This document shows positions 1 through 9,310 of a stretch of 64,000 bases of DNA, piece after piece. The stretch comes from Cyanobacteria bacterium P01_F01_bin.150 (GTDB taxonomy: Bacteria > Cyanobacteriota > Cyanobacteriia > CAKZMO01), in assembly GCA_039189765.1 (NCBI GenBank), contig JBCCYL010000012.1, positions 42,798 through 106,797 on the forward strand. Direction: 5' to 3'. How positions within the stretch are numbered: the stretch's first letter is position 1; the number at the start of each line of letters is the position of its first letter. The translations under genes and the position numbers were made by a program. Below the pieces are notes generated by a model, which was not told where the DNA came from, made no database searches, and saw only the letters and a program-made list of their open reading frames with translations.

Positions 1-280
1 GATTGTCCGTGCAGAGCTGCCCACAACATCAGAAAAGTGTCGTCATATTCACTAAACGGGCTTATCTGGAATCTAGGCTTTGCCATCAACTTCTCTCCAA
101 CGACTGATCAATTATCACATGCAGCAATAATTCCCAGCCACGAACGCACTATGAATGCAATTTGTATCGCTTTTAGATCGATATTGGATCGAAATCAATA
201 TGTTTATGTTAGCATATTGATATGGCACGTGCCACGGCACATAAACATAAGTTCCCGTAGTACATGCCAAGTGATGATGA

Positions 281-610
281 TTGATATTCGATGTAAACCT
301 AATGACAGAGAGAGTGGAAGCTAAATTTGATGACACGCCACGGTATGGCCCCGATCAGGTGCGATGGGTGCTGTCACGTGTGAGGGGTAAAACACTGTCC
401 GACAGAACCTGGATGCGGTACCTGAAATATGGCCGAGTTTCTAGGGATGAGGATAAGATGTATGGCCCAAGTGAGCTAGTGCATTTGATGGATTTAGCAA
501 TACATCTCTTGCATGGCGGGACTTACGGCGAATTTGAAGAGATTAAATTTGGGGGCGGGCCAAAACCAGTTAACCCCGCTCAAGTAGATGTTCAATATGA
601 GGTGATTTGA
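281..610 (+). CDS. Small putative DNA-binding protein (MerR/HTH-like); first gene of the FtsK-like operon
   Basis: Pattern LSDRTWMRYLKY...MYGPSELVHL resembles a winged-HTH recognition helix plus wing. AT-rich leader upstream. Confidence 0.4.
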   Translation: MIFDVNLMTERVEAKFDDTPRYGPDQVRWVLSRVRGKTLSDRTWMRYLKYGRVSRDEDKMYGPSELVHLMDLAIHLLHGGTYGEFEEIKFGGGPKPVNPAQVDVQYEVI

Positions 611-1077
611 AGATGGCGATTAATAAAGGATTCGGTGAAGGCAACAGCGCAACAAAGCAATCTAAGACGGAGCCTAAAAGCACTTCAAAGGCTAGCTCTG
701 AAAAGGTTTCAGCATCTGCTTTTGACATCGTTAACCAAGGTTCTCAGTCAGCCCAGATGATTGAGGGGTTGCTGCAAAATAACGGTGCAGCACTGAATGA
801 AAGTGTTGATCGATTGGCGGATCAACGAGAGCAAGAAATAGGGATGAATATGGCCATGAGATTGCATCCTGACGTACAGGCGGCAAGGGCTTTGGGCTAC
901 GCGGTAAATTTTCTCAGCAATTGCGATCGCAGTCCCGTAGATCTTTCGCGTTTGGGGCAGTCGCAGGCGTTGCAACCTGTACAGCCCTTGCAGCTTGCAT
1001 CTTTGCAGCACTTGTACGAGGCGAGAGCGTCTCACGGGAAAGCCCAGCAGATCCAGGGCAGCAGCGAACAGAAGTAG
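607..1077 (+). CDS. Hypothetical protein (helical, Q/S-rich)
   Basis: 156-aa ORF overlapping the stop of the upstream gene. Confidence 0.6.
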   Translation: MKMAINKGFGEGNSATKQSKTEPKSTSKASSEKVSASAFDIVNQGSQSAQMIEGLLQNNGAALNESVDRLADQREQEIGMNMAMRLHPDVQAARALGYAVNFLSNCDRSPVDLSRLGQSQALQPVQPLQLASLQHLYEARASHGKAQQIQGSSEQK

Positions 1078-1277
1078 AAGCAATCGCACCCGTAAAAAGG
1101 TGTGAGGCAAATAGGCATTCTGTAAATTACAGGTATCAGCTTTTGTCTTGTCGGCAGCTTGAAAAAAATAATTCCGATTTCTGGGATTCTGGGCAAAAAT
1201 GAACGATGCATTGGGGGTTCCAGCCTTTTTCGATGCAGTGATGCAGTGGAAATGCAGTGAATTAAGGAGGTGATTTT

Positions 1278-1586
1278 GTGGTGAATCGACGCTCAATAAA
1301 CGTATTTTTAGGCGGTGTAGTTGGATGCGCGATCGCCAGTTTTGGGTACTTAGTTTGGTATATGGCAGATGATGGTGAGTTGTCTGCTCGGGGCACAAGA
1401 GACATGATTATTTGCATGGTCAGTGTTGGTGGGGGCGCAACGGTTGGATCTCTGATTGGCCATATAGGCACTGGGAAAAAGCTCAGCACAGAAGAAGTGG
1501 TTCGTTATTGGCTTCAACAAAATCAGACTATCTTGTCTCTCAGTCCTGAAGCGATGGCAGAGATTAAGGAGGTTGTCGATGCTTAA
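1278..1586 (+). CDS. Small two-TM membrane protein
   Basis: Two Gly-rich hydrophobic segments; AAGGAGG RBS upstream. Confidence 0.7.
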   Translation: MVNRRSINVFLGGVVGCAIASFGYLVWYMADDGELSARGTRDMIICMVSVGGGATVGSLIGHIGTGKKLSTEEVVRYWLQQNQTILSLSPEAMAEIKEVVDA

Positions 1587-2304
1587 GGTATTAGGACTTT
1601 TTCGGCATTGGCCAATCCTTCTTTTGGCCTCGCTGCTTATTGGCTCAGCCATAAATGGGCGCAAGACTGAACAACCAACTGTTGTTAGCCCAGAGATTGA
1701 TGAAAGGCTGTTGGACTACGTGGCTGAATCTGGTGAGCGTGGCAAGCAGATTGAGGAGCGCTTAAGTACAATCGAGCAAGCTGCATTGCCTACAGTCCAG
1801 CAACAGCAAGCCGACCAAAAAGAAATTATGACAACTCTCAATGAGTTCCGTGATTTTGATAAGCACGCCTGGGGAGTTTTTGATGCCATGATCTTGGCTA
1901 AGTCCTGGGAGATGTTTGACGAAGCTGACCGCTTAGCTCGTGAGAATCATCATTCTATTGAATGGGAGATTGCAGCAAAAGCGACTAGTGTAAAGGACCA
2001 GTTATTCGCTCTATCTAATCCTCAGCAGGGCTTGATATCAATGGCGGATGGTCCGCAAAGAGACCAGTTTAGCGATGTAGTTACAGATGCCTTGGCTCTA
2101 TCTGCATTGATGGGGCAATTGATGGCTGACTCTAGCCCTAACCGAACTGAGGTTAATTCAAAAGCATTGGTTAGCGCATCTGAGTCCCTCAGTTCAGCTT
2201 TGTATAGTACTGCTTATCGCAATATTCCACTAAGGACAGTAGGACTTCCCCAAGTTAAGCCGTTTGAAGAGCAACAGGACGAGGTGCAGAATGCCTCAAA
2301 CTGA
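1573..2304 (+). CDS. Membrane-anchored coiled-coil protein
   Basis: N-terminal hydrophobic helix followed by a helical E/Q-rich region; AAGGAGG RBS before ATG 1579. Confidence 0.7.
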   Translation: MSMLKVLGLFRHWPILLLASLLIGSAINGRKTEQPTVVSPEIDERLLDYVAESGERGKQIEERLSTIEQAALPTVQQQQADQKEIMTTLNEFRDFDKHAWGVFDAMILAKSWEMFDEADRLARENHHSIEWEIAAKATSVKDQLFALSNPQQGLISMADGPQRDQFSDVVTDALALSALMGQLMADSSPNRTEVNSKALVSASESLSSALYSTAYRNIPLRTVGLPQVKPFEEQQDEVQNASN

Positions 2305-3541
2305 AGCGAAAGTCCCTAACCCCCATTTAGCGTTGGCCTCTTTAGTTTGTAGTGCATCTGCTGCGTTGATAGGGTGGAATTCATTGGGCACCAGTTTAAA
2401 CGGAATCCTTCAAGCGTCTACGTTTGCTGTCCCTCTTCATTATGTTGGAGTTGGCATTCGAAAAAAAAATCAGCTTACATGGTCTGACCATAAGGCGATC
2501 GCTCCTATGATTTGGTCTGCCCTAGTCGATGGAGCTAAAGCTGAACAGCAGTCAACAATTGCTCCGATGATTAAGGAAATGAGGGCTATTCCTGGCGTGG
2601 ATCGCATAAACATCCCGTCTTTGGACTTATCTCCATTACTTAATCATTCGACAATTGTCACGGCTCCTACAGGGACAGGAAAGAGCTTTTTTATGAGTTT
2701 GTTGTTAACCGAATGGATTAAAGCAAATCCCGGATGTCCATTAAAGATTTGCACGATTGATACATTCAAACGTAATCAGACTTGGATGGGAATAGGGTTG
2801 CAGCTTTCATGGATTCAGCGAATGTACATTACTCTTGGCTATAAATACAGGGACCATGCTAAAGATTTTTCTACGGCTATTCACTTAGAGACAGTAGACG
2901 AGGTTTCTAGGCTTTATAACCTTATGCAATCTCGTTCGGAGGAAAGGGCACAAGTTGGCCCAAATGGAGAGATGGACTTAACCCCATCTCTTGTAGTCAT
3001 TGATGAACTTCCCGAATTTTTAGGGTTTCTCAATGACAAAGAAAAATTTCCGGAAGGCCCGGAAATTAGGCGTCAATTAAAAATGCTTCTAACCCGTGGT
3101 CAAGGCTGGAATTGCTTAGTTTATGGCATAGCTCAGGATGATGCAGTTGGAATGCTTGGCTTTTCTCAAGCGGAAAAGAAGCAGGTCATGTTATGCAATC
3201 TGTATAACGAGACTGTTTCTGGCAACGGCGATCGCGCTGCACTTATTAACAGCATTAAAGGTCGTCGGTTCCTTTTGGAGCATGGGGGCAAGGGTGTAGT
3301 CATGCCCATTCCGCATTTGGACAAAGAACCCGAAATTGACTTTTCACACTTGACAAAGGACGGCAGCTTTTACGCATGGATAGAAGAACTTAAGCCATTG
3401 ATTGTCAAGTTCAAAGAGCAAGGGGCATCAATTACTGAGGTTTGGCGTGAGTTAACTAGTCGTGCTGATTTTCCTGGTAAAAAACGTAATGGAACGGACA
3501 ACCCCCATTACGCGTATTTCACTGATCAAATCTGGAGATAA
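2291..3541 (+). CDS. FtsK/HerA/VirD4-superfamily P-loop ATPase with N-terminal TM helices
   Basis: Walker A APTGTGKS, Walker B LVVIDE, then LLTRG...LVYGIAQ (FtsK-like arginine-finger/Gln motif region). Two N-terminal TM segments and a small helical C-terminal domain. ATG 2291 follows GAGG. Confidence 0.85.
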   Translation: MPQTEAKVPNPHLALASLVCSASAALIGWNSLGTSLNGILQASTFAVPLHYVGVGIRKKNQLTWSDHKAIAPMIWSALVDGAKAEQQSTIAPMIKEMRAIPGVDRINIPSLDLSPLLNHSTIVTAPTGTGKSFFMSLLLTEWIKANPGCPLKICTIDTFKRNQTWMGIGLQLSWIQRMYITLGYKYRDHAKDFSTAIHLETVDEVSRLYNLMQSRSEERAQVGPNGEMDLTPSLVVIDELPEFLGFLNDKEKFPEGPEIRRQLKMLLTRGQGWNCLVYGIAQDDAVGMLGFSQAEKKQVMLCNLYNETVSGNGDRAALINSIKGRRFLLEHGGKGVVMPIPHLDKEPEIDFSHLTKDGSFYAWIEELKPLIVKFKEQGASITEVWRELTSRADFPGKKRNGTDNPHYAYFTDQIWR

Positions 3542-3544
3542 GTT

Positions 3545-3760
3545 ATGAAGTTGGATAAATTTTGCGTGATTTTTGTGGGCGGAGCTTTACTGCTCGGAAT
3601 TATCACCCCCGCTGATTTTACTGAAACACTGAAGGGTATGCTTTGGACTGGGTTCCAAGCAGCGGGGGTGATTGATAAGCAGGTCGAGAGCAGCAATGAA
3701 GAAGTTAAGGAGCGCGATCGCCCATGGAACCAGAAGGTCAAGGTCAACATCAACGAATAG
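3545..3760 (+). CDS. Small membrane protein
   Basis: N-terminal hydrophobic helix followed by GIITPADF. Confidence 0.65.
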   Translation: MKLDKFCVIFVGGALLLGIITPADFTETLKGMLWTGFQAAGVIDKQVESSNEEVKERDRPWNQKVKVNINE

Positions 3761-3948
3761 AGCCTAAAACGCCTTGGTTTGTTGATCTGGAAAATACTTT
3801 GTTCTTCCTGATTGGGTTAGCGTGCTTTGTTGTCGGCTGCGACCTGATAGGCGTTAACCCAATCCATTTTATGGGGGATAAGTTAGGAGATTCGTTTGAG
3901 TTGGTGCATGGATGGGTAAAAGATTACGGAGAGGACTCAAGTGATTAG
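3724..3948 (+). CDS. Small membrane protein
   Basis: Hydrophobic helix followed by GVNPIHF. Confidence 0.6.
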   Translation: MEPEGQGQHQRIEPKTPWFVDLENTLFFLIGLACFVVGCDLIGVNPIHFMGDKLGDSFELVHGWVKDYGEDSSD

Positions 3949-4120
3949 CTTTACCACATTGTTTTGGCGATTACTTTTACTGACCACGATCACGGGGTTT
4001 TGTGGCAAAGACCCGATTACATTTTTTGTCCACATGCCTGAAGATTTCATGGATGGGTTTAACGATCATCCCGCTGAGCTTCGGTATCGTCCCGGTTGGC
4101 AGAATTGGGGACAGTTCTAA
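3941..4120 (+). CDS. Small membrane protein, 59 aa (not in the ORF track)
   Basis: GTG 3941 after GAGG. Translates MISFTTLFWRLLLLTTITGFCGKDPITFF...; its TAA overlaps the next ATG (TAATG). Confidence 0.65.
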   Translation: MISFTTLFWRLLLLTTITGFCGKDPITFFVHMPEDFMDGFNDHPAELRYRPGWQNWGQF

Positions 4121-5466
4121 TGGAATGGGTAACGATTGATGTTCCGAATGATGTAGAAACAGGACTGACCACTAGAGAAAAGGGTGGTGGATGGGTCTGG
4201 GGTAAAGCAGGATCTCCGGAAGATCGGCAAACTGCACAGAGCAAAAAGCTTACTGAAGAGCAACGACTTCGTGATTTGGCTGAAGCCATGGGTGGGGTAG
4301 CAGCCGCAAAAGTGCAGGACGCAAAATCGGCTGCTGCTCAAAGAGCGATTAGTTTTGCGGCTGCTCCGGTGCGAAGTGTCTGGGAGGCGCATAAGCAAAA
4401 TTTGCAACTCACTTGCATGGTTCTCGGGGTGATTGCTATTCATGGTTCGGTTAGCTGGATGCGCCCTGCATTGAATACTGCATTTTCAGTTGCTACGTTT
4501 GACCCAATGGGTAGGCTTATAGATGAATTTAAGCCTGTTAGCTTTTCCAGCCAAGATACCACCCCACTGAAGAAAGGTGATCGCGTTGGTGAATTCATTG
4601 TGACCAGTGGATTTGGCCATAGAAATGCACCTACCGCAGGAGCGTCAACATTTCATCGTGGAGTTGACCTGAATACTCCTACAGACACTCCTGTTTATGC
4701 CCCAAAAGCAGGGAATGTAGACTGTCAATACGAAGCTGAAGGTTATGGCCATTACATTAATGCGCAGTGGGGAATGATTGGCCATTTAAGCGAATGTTAC
4801 GGAGGATTCAAGCAGCAGGGAGACTTGATAGGATTGACGGGCGCAACGGGGATAGGAACTGGCCCCCATGCTGACATTCGAGAGGGAGCACATCCTAATT
4901 TCATAAACCCTACGAGGGGCTTTGTAGAGGCAGTGATGGGCATCCAATCTCAAAAAGGGGTAAATCTCACCAGTCATACAATCTCAGCCACCGCCAACAC
5001 CAAAGCGTTTCTTGATGTGATCGCATGGGCCGAGGGTTCGGACTACGATACGTTAGTTGGCGGTGGGAAGATCCACGATCTGTCTCATCATCCAAATCAG
5101 CGAGTCTGGATCAACACGATTAACGATTACTCCACAGCCGCAGGCAGGTATCAGTTCATCGATACGACGTGGAATCAATATTCCAGGGATTTAGGTTTAC
5201 GCGATTTTTCTCCAGCGTCTCAAGACAAAGCAGCGATCGCCGTTCTTGCCAACAATGATGTCCCAGGGATGCTGGAGCGCGGAGCTATAGAGCAAGCTTT
5301 CTGTGCAGTGGGCAATGTATGGGCGTCGTTGCCGTGCAATAGCTATGGTCAACCTCAAGAAAACAGTGATGAGCTAGTCCAGAAATATTATGAGTTCGGT
5401 GGTGGGAGCCTGCACCCTCCTCGATCGCGCACGTTGGATTTATTGAATAGAGGAGAAAGGATTTAA
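4120..5466 (+). CDS. Membrane-anchored M23 peptidase fused to a lambda-type lysozyme/lytic transglycosylase
   Basis: M23 motifs TSGFG, HRGVD, GYG, TGPH. Lysozyme motifs AFLDVIAWAEG, STAAGRYQF, DFSPASQD, WASLP. One TM segment precedes the catalytic domains. Confidence 0.9.
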   Translation: MEWVTIDVPNDVETGLTTREKGGGWVWGKAGSPEDRQTAQSKKLTEEQRLRDLAEAMGGVAAAKVQDAKSAAAQRAISFAAAPVRSVWEAHKQNLQLTCMVLGVIAIHGSVSWMRPALNTAFSVATFDPMGRLIDEFKPVSFSSQDTTPLKKGDRVGEFIVTSGFGHRNAPTAGASTFHRGVDLNTPTDTPVYAPKAGNVDCQYEAEGYGHYINAQWGMIGHLSECYGGFKQQGDLIGLTGATGIGTGPHADIREGAHPNFINPTRGFVEAVMGIQSQKGVNLTSHTISATANTKAFLDVIAWAEGSDYDTLVGGGKIHDLSHHPNQRVWINTINDYSTAAGRYQFIDTTWNQYSRDLGLRDFSPASQDKAAIAVLANNDVPGMLERGAIEQAFCAVGNVWASLPCNSYGQPQENSDELVQKYYEFGGGSLHPPRSRTLDLLNRGERI

Positions 5467-5666
5467 TGGCATGGGCAAACGATTCGATTAAGCTGCCAGC
5501 AGCACAACGTATATTTCCGAAGTTTCAGATAGAGCCACACAAGATAGACGGGAATGCCGCATTCTACACTGCTGAAGTGAATGGGCAGATGATGCAGTCT
5601 ACGGCGTTAACGGTTTTGTGTGAGCGGATAGTAAAAGTATTGATGGGGGCAGAGGATGAGAATTAG
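5466..5666 (+). CDS. Hypothetical protein
   Basis: TAATG-coupled to the upstream gene, with an RBS. Confidence 0.55.
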   Translation: MAWANDSIKLPAAQRIFPKFQIEPHKIDGNAAFYTAEVNGQMMQSTALTVLCERIVKVLMGAEDEN

Positions 5667-5827
5667 TTTTTGCATCAGTTGCATAGGAATTCCGTTGTTT
5701 CAACCATTGACTCCATGGGGTAGATTACGGTTTGGCGTTAAGTGGAGGCCAGGGCATTTTTGCAAAGCTTCTCCGAAACCGTATATTTTCTTTTTTGATT
5801 CGTGGATTAAGTATAGAGGCAAAGTCC

Positions 5828-6328
5828 GTGAGCAGCGGTAAAGTGCATGACTTCGCAGGTAAGGCAACGGTAGGCGCAACACTTCCCATTGCAGTGGTTT
5901 ATCTCCCCGTGGACCTAGCGATCTGCTACGGCCTGTTTAGCATATTAGGCTTTACTCACCTTGGTCCAGACCTGGACAGCAATAACTTTAGGGCCAACAC
6001 CATCCGCCGATGGGGAAGGGCAAAATGGCTGTGGTATCCGTTCAATCGGTTAGTCAGCCCTCATCGTGGCCCTACTCACGTTCCGCTGTTGGGAGCCGCT
6101 TTGGTTTTGTTTTGGCTACTGTTATTGACTGGGGCAGTTGGGCTGATTGCCGTGATGAATGGATGGGTGAGCTTGCCTAGTTTTGAGGTTCGGTGGCTGT
6201 GGTATTTGTTTGTGGCGTTTGTAGCGGTGGCTATTCAGCATGTGGTGCACTTGGCCTTTGATGGCTACCGCTTGTGCCAAGTAGCAGTTGGAGTAGGGGG
6301 TGCGGTTGTATTAGGGATGATTTTGTAG
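5828..6328 (+). CDS. DUF2227-like metal-binding membrane protein
   Basis: SG-x-x-HD start (GTG 5828), PDLD, HRG-x-TH and HxxHLxxD motifs with several TM helices. Confidence 0.75.
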   Translation: MSSGKVHDFAGKATVGATLPIAVVYLPVDLAICYGLFSILGFTHLGPDLDSNNFRANTIRRWGRAKWLWYPFNRLVSPHRGPTHVPLLGAALVLFWLLLLTGAVGLIAVMNGWVSLPSFEVRWLWYLFVAFVAVAIQHVVHLAFDGYRLCQVAVGVGGAVVLGMIL

Positions 6329-6475
6329 GGGGATGTGATAGATAAAAAGTAACTGGGCAGTATTTCATGGTGCGATCAAAATATCCGGCCACACCAGCAG
6401 AGAGGTGGCCAACATGCATGCTTCAAGGCACCCCAGGTCCGCATTTTGTAAAGTGAAGAGAGTAGGAGGGGAAAG

Positions 6476-6799
6476 GTGAGTTTTGAAACTATTTATGCAT
6501 TAGCAAAGAGTCGCGGACTCAAGTTCTGTTCTTTTCGCGAGTTAGAAGATGACTTTATTTGGGTTTCGTTTGCATGGCCTGGTGGAATGAGACTTGTAAA
6601 CGGAGATAATTGGCCAATTCCAGATTATCAGATAAAGAAAAGCGAATTGCTTGATTTAATGAAGCCAATGGCAGGGAGGTGGAGAGATACCGCTTTTGCA
6701 AAAAAGCTAACAGAAAAAGGGTATGCTGTTCAGCCATGGGAGATCAAGCCGATCAAAGATCCTCCTCAAACAAACTCCGCTCCGCCTTCCGCCTCCTAG
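6476..6799 (+). CDS. Hypothetical protein
   Basis: 107-aa ORF with AGGAGG RBS. Confidence 0.55.
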   Translation: MSFETIYALAKSRGLKFCSFRELEDDFIWVSFAWPGGMRLVNGDNWPIPDYQIKKSELLDLMKPMAGRWRDTAFAKKLTEKGYAVQPWEIKPIKDPPQTNSAPPSAS

Positions 6800-7562
6800 C
6801 AAGCCCCGGCACTAACTCCAGTTTGCCATCGCCATCTTGATCGCCTTTATTCCATAACTCAAACGCCGCAGCCGCCTCACGGTAGTTGCGGTTATTTATT
6901 TCTCTGAGCACAGTTGAGTCACCGAAGCCACCCGCCCCAATGTTGTAGCAAAGCAACACACAGGCGCTAAACATATTGCTGCCAATGGGGTAATGTAAGC
7001 GGGACCATACAGCAGACTCGAAAAACTCCAGGTCTTTAGCCAGCAATTTGTTCGCGTCAGCTTCGCTGATTGTCTTGCCGTTGCGAACATCCGCACGGGT
7101 GACGCTCTTTGTGTGGCCCCATCCAATAGTGGGATGACCAGTGGGGCAGATGTAGGCTGCAAATGGCTTATTAGGGAGGCCGTTACCTTCGAATTCTTTC
7201 AATATGGCGATCGCTTTTTCGTTAGTGCGCTGCCTGGGCACATAATGGCCATCCATGATCAGCTTGCCCAGCGCTGCCCCCGTTTGCGGACCAAATACGC
7301 CATCGGGTTTAACCGAGTAGTTAATACTCAACTTAGTTTGCAGTGCGATCATCTTTGCCCCTGTAGCTGGCAATCGTTGCACCCATTCGCTTGGGAGCTT
7401 GCCGTTAGCGAATACTTCCCCCATGGCTCGGCCTGTTTGGCCCCCAAAAAGCCCATCCTCGGCTAAAGGGTGGGCAGGGAGAACCTTATTTAATGAGGAT
7501 TGGAGCTGATGAGCAAGCTTTGGTGTAGCTAGGGACGTTATCAGATGGTCTGCTGCAAGCAT
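6753..7562 (-). CDS. Endolysin: GH24 lysozyme with N-terminal peptidoglycan-binding repeats
   Basis: LKEFEG...AYICPTGHPTIGWGHT, YNIG, GLARRRKAERSLF; two DG-x-FG-x-x-T peptidoglycan-binding motifs. Confidence 0.92.
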   Translation of the reverse strand: MLAADHLITSLATPKLAHQLQSSLNKVLPAHPLAEDGLFGGQTGRAMGEVFANGKLPSEWVQRLPATGAKMIALQTKLSINYSVKPDGVFGPQTGAALGKLIMDGHYVPRQRTNEKAIAILKEFEGNGLPNKPFAAYICPTGHPTIGWGHTKSVTRADVRNGKTISEADANKLLAKDLEFFESAVWSRLHYPIGSNMFSACVLLCYNIGAGGFGDSTVLREINNRNYREAAAAFELWNKGDQDGDGKLELVPGLARRRKAERSLFEEDL

Positions 7563-7644
7563 AATTCATCTGCGCTAGAAGTTCAAGTGAATTATTCCCA
7601 GGAACAGTATTGATGTAGTATTTGACACTTTACTCTACTCTGCA

Positions 7645-8922
7645 ATGATCGTCACTTTAGCCTGTCTAATTTTCGTGCTCTTTCAAAGTGTCATCACGCT
7701 AATTACTCAGAAATCCAACGCTGAGAATTATGCAGCTAGGCAATATTCAATGGCTCGGTTAGACGAATTGACAGGGCTAGGAAATAGGCGAGCTTTTACG
7801 GAGGCATGCTCAGAGTGGGTGAATAGGGATGACTTTATTGTGGTCAGAATAGATTGCAATGGACTGAAACGCGCCAATGATGTTTATGGGCATGAATTTG
7901 GTGATCGAATCATTAAAGAGACCGCTCAGAATATTAGTAGGATTTGTCGCACTGGCCAAGCATTCCGTACCGGGGGGGATGAGTTTACGATTTTCTGGGA
8001 CGCGGATATCGAGATTAATTCCTTGGCCCAGAAGTTTTCTTACTCCCTGAATGTTTTTGTTGAGGATATGGATTACAAAATTTCTTGTGCAATCGGATTA
8101 GCTCACAAGCATTTATTCGTATCACTCCACGAAGCTGTTTGTGTTGCAGATGAAGAGATGTATCGATCCAAAATAAACAGTCTAGACTGGAGTGTGTGTG
8201 ATGACTTTGACATGAGTCTTTATCGCATTGCACAAGGGCTCAAAACTGAATTTGGCAGCACTCGTCACTTAGAGCTTCATTATCAACCGATAATACATTT
8301 AACATCTGGTCAGATTACATCCTATGAGGCGTTGATCCGTTGGAATCGAGACAGCGGATTTGTTGAACCGACTAACATATTGGCTGCGGTAAAAAAGTAT
8401 CATTTATCTGTTGATTTTGCACTGTGGACGCTTCGGCAAGCCCAACAACAATGGGACACTTGGGGACGCCCTCCTATCACAATTGCCGTCAATCTCTCTG
8501 GGTCTTGGTTGTTAAAGCCAGCAGTATTTAATGCAGTGGCCCGTAGTCAGGGATTGACTATTGAAATAACAGAGGATGAGGCTATCGAAGACCCTAAGAT
8601 CCTCGATAAAATAGATGAATTGCGCACACTCGGGATAAAAATATCCATTGATGATTTTGGGGCGCGTTGGTCAGCGATTGCTCAGCTAAGCAGGCTCAGT
8701 GAGAGTTGCGATCGGGTGAAGATTGACAAGGCGCTGCTCAAGGATATTCGGTTATTTGAGGGGGCGCACGGCCTGATAGATTCGCTGAATCTGCCGACAG
8801 TGGCTGAGGGTATAGAAACTCAAGACATGTTGATCGCAATTAGGGACGCTGGTGGGCAATTTGGGCAGGGTTACCTGTTGGGCAGGCCGATGAAGGGTAG
8901 TGATATTGGGATGGGGGAATAG
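7645..8922 (+). CDS. Membrane-anchored GGDEF-EAL diguanylate cyclase/phosphodiesterase
   Basis: DELTGLGNRR, NDVYGHEFGD and RTGGDEF; then YQPI, EALIRW, AVNLS, EITE, DDFG, KID, AEGIE and QGY. Confidence 0.95.
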   Translation: MIVTLACLIFVLFQSVITLITQKSNAENYAARQYSMARLDELTGLGNRRAFTEACSEWVNRDDFIVVRIDCNGLKRANDVYGHEFGDRIIKETAQNISRICRTGQAFRTGGDEFTIFWDADIEINSLAQKFSYSLNVFVEDMDYKISCAIGLAHKHLFVSLHEAVCVADEEMYRSKINSLDWSVCDDFDMSLYRIAQGLKTEFGSTRHLELHYQPIIHLTSGQITSYEALIRWNRDSGFVEPTNILAAVKKYHLSVDFALWTLRQAQQQWDTWGRPPITIAVNLSGSWLLKPAVFNAVARSQGLTIEITEDEAIEDPKILDKIDELRTLGIKISIDDFGARWSAIAQLSRLSESCDRVKIDKALLKDIRLFEGAHGLIDSLNLPTVAEGIETQDMLIAIRDAGGQFGQGYLLGRPMKGSDIGMGE

Positions 8923-8958
8923 TCGGGTTAGGGTGCCATTGCGCATACAGGAGGCACA

Positions 8959-9201
8959 GTGGTAAGCAGCAGGGCTAATTTAGTCAGACTTTTACAGAGC
9001 ACAAATGGGAACGTTCATTTACTAGCGATTGCCGCTGGTTTTTTGTTCTTTTTCCCAACCGTCACACAGGTGTTAGACCGACCGGATCTGTCTGTTTGGG
9101 AAAGAACCGAAATGCTGTCTATTGCTGTTGGAGAATTGCTTTTTACATTAGGGGCCGCGTCTGCATCCCCTGAAACATTCCTTGACGAGGATGATGATTA
9201 G
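8959..9201 (+). CDS. Small two-TM protein (holin candidate)
   Basis: 80 aa, two hydrophobic segments, acidic tail, GGAGG RBS; lies between lysins. Confidence 0.45.
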   Translation: MVSSRANLVRLLQSTNGNVHLLAIAAGFLFFFPTVTQVLDRPDLSVWERTEMLSIAVGELLFTLGAASASPETFLDEDDD

Positions 9202-9202
9202 C

Positions 9203-9310
9203 ATGTTTGCAGTATGGGTGATTGCCTTGCTTGTTCCCTTGGTGTGCATCTCAATTTATCAGGCCGTGAAGACAATCGACGCAACCGACGACTTTGATAA
9301 GAGGCAATGA
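9203..9310 (+). CDS. 35-aa single-TM peptide (not in the ORF track)
   Basis: MFAVWVIALLVPLVCISIYQAVK...; stop overlaps the next start (ATGA). Confidence 0.5.
   Translation: MFAVWVIALLVPLVCISIYQAVKTIDATDDFDKRQ

Noticed and set aside
1080..1270. Possible broken membrane-protein gene (VRQIGIL*ITGISFCLVGSL) within the FtsK-like operon
   Set aside because: Too short and ambiguous to call without homologues, although the gap in an otherwise coupled operon is suspicious.
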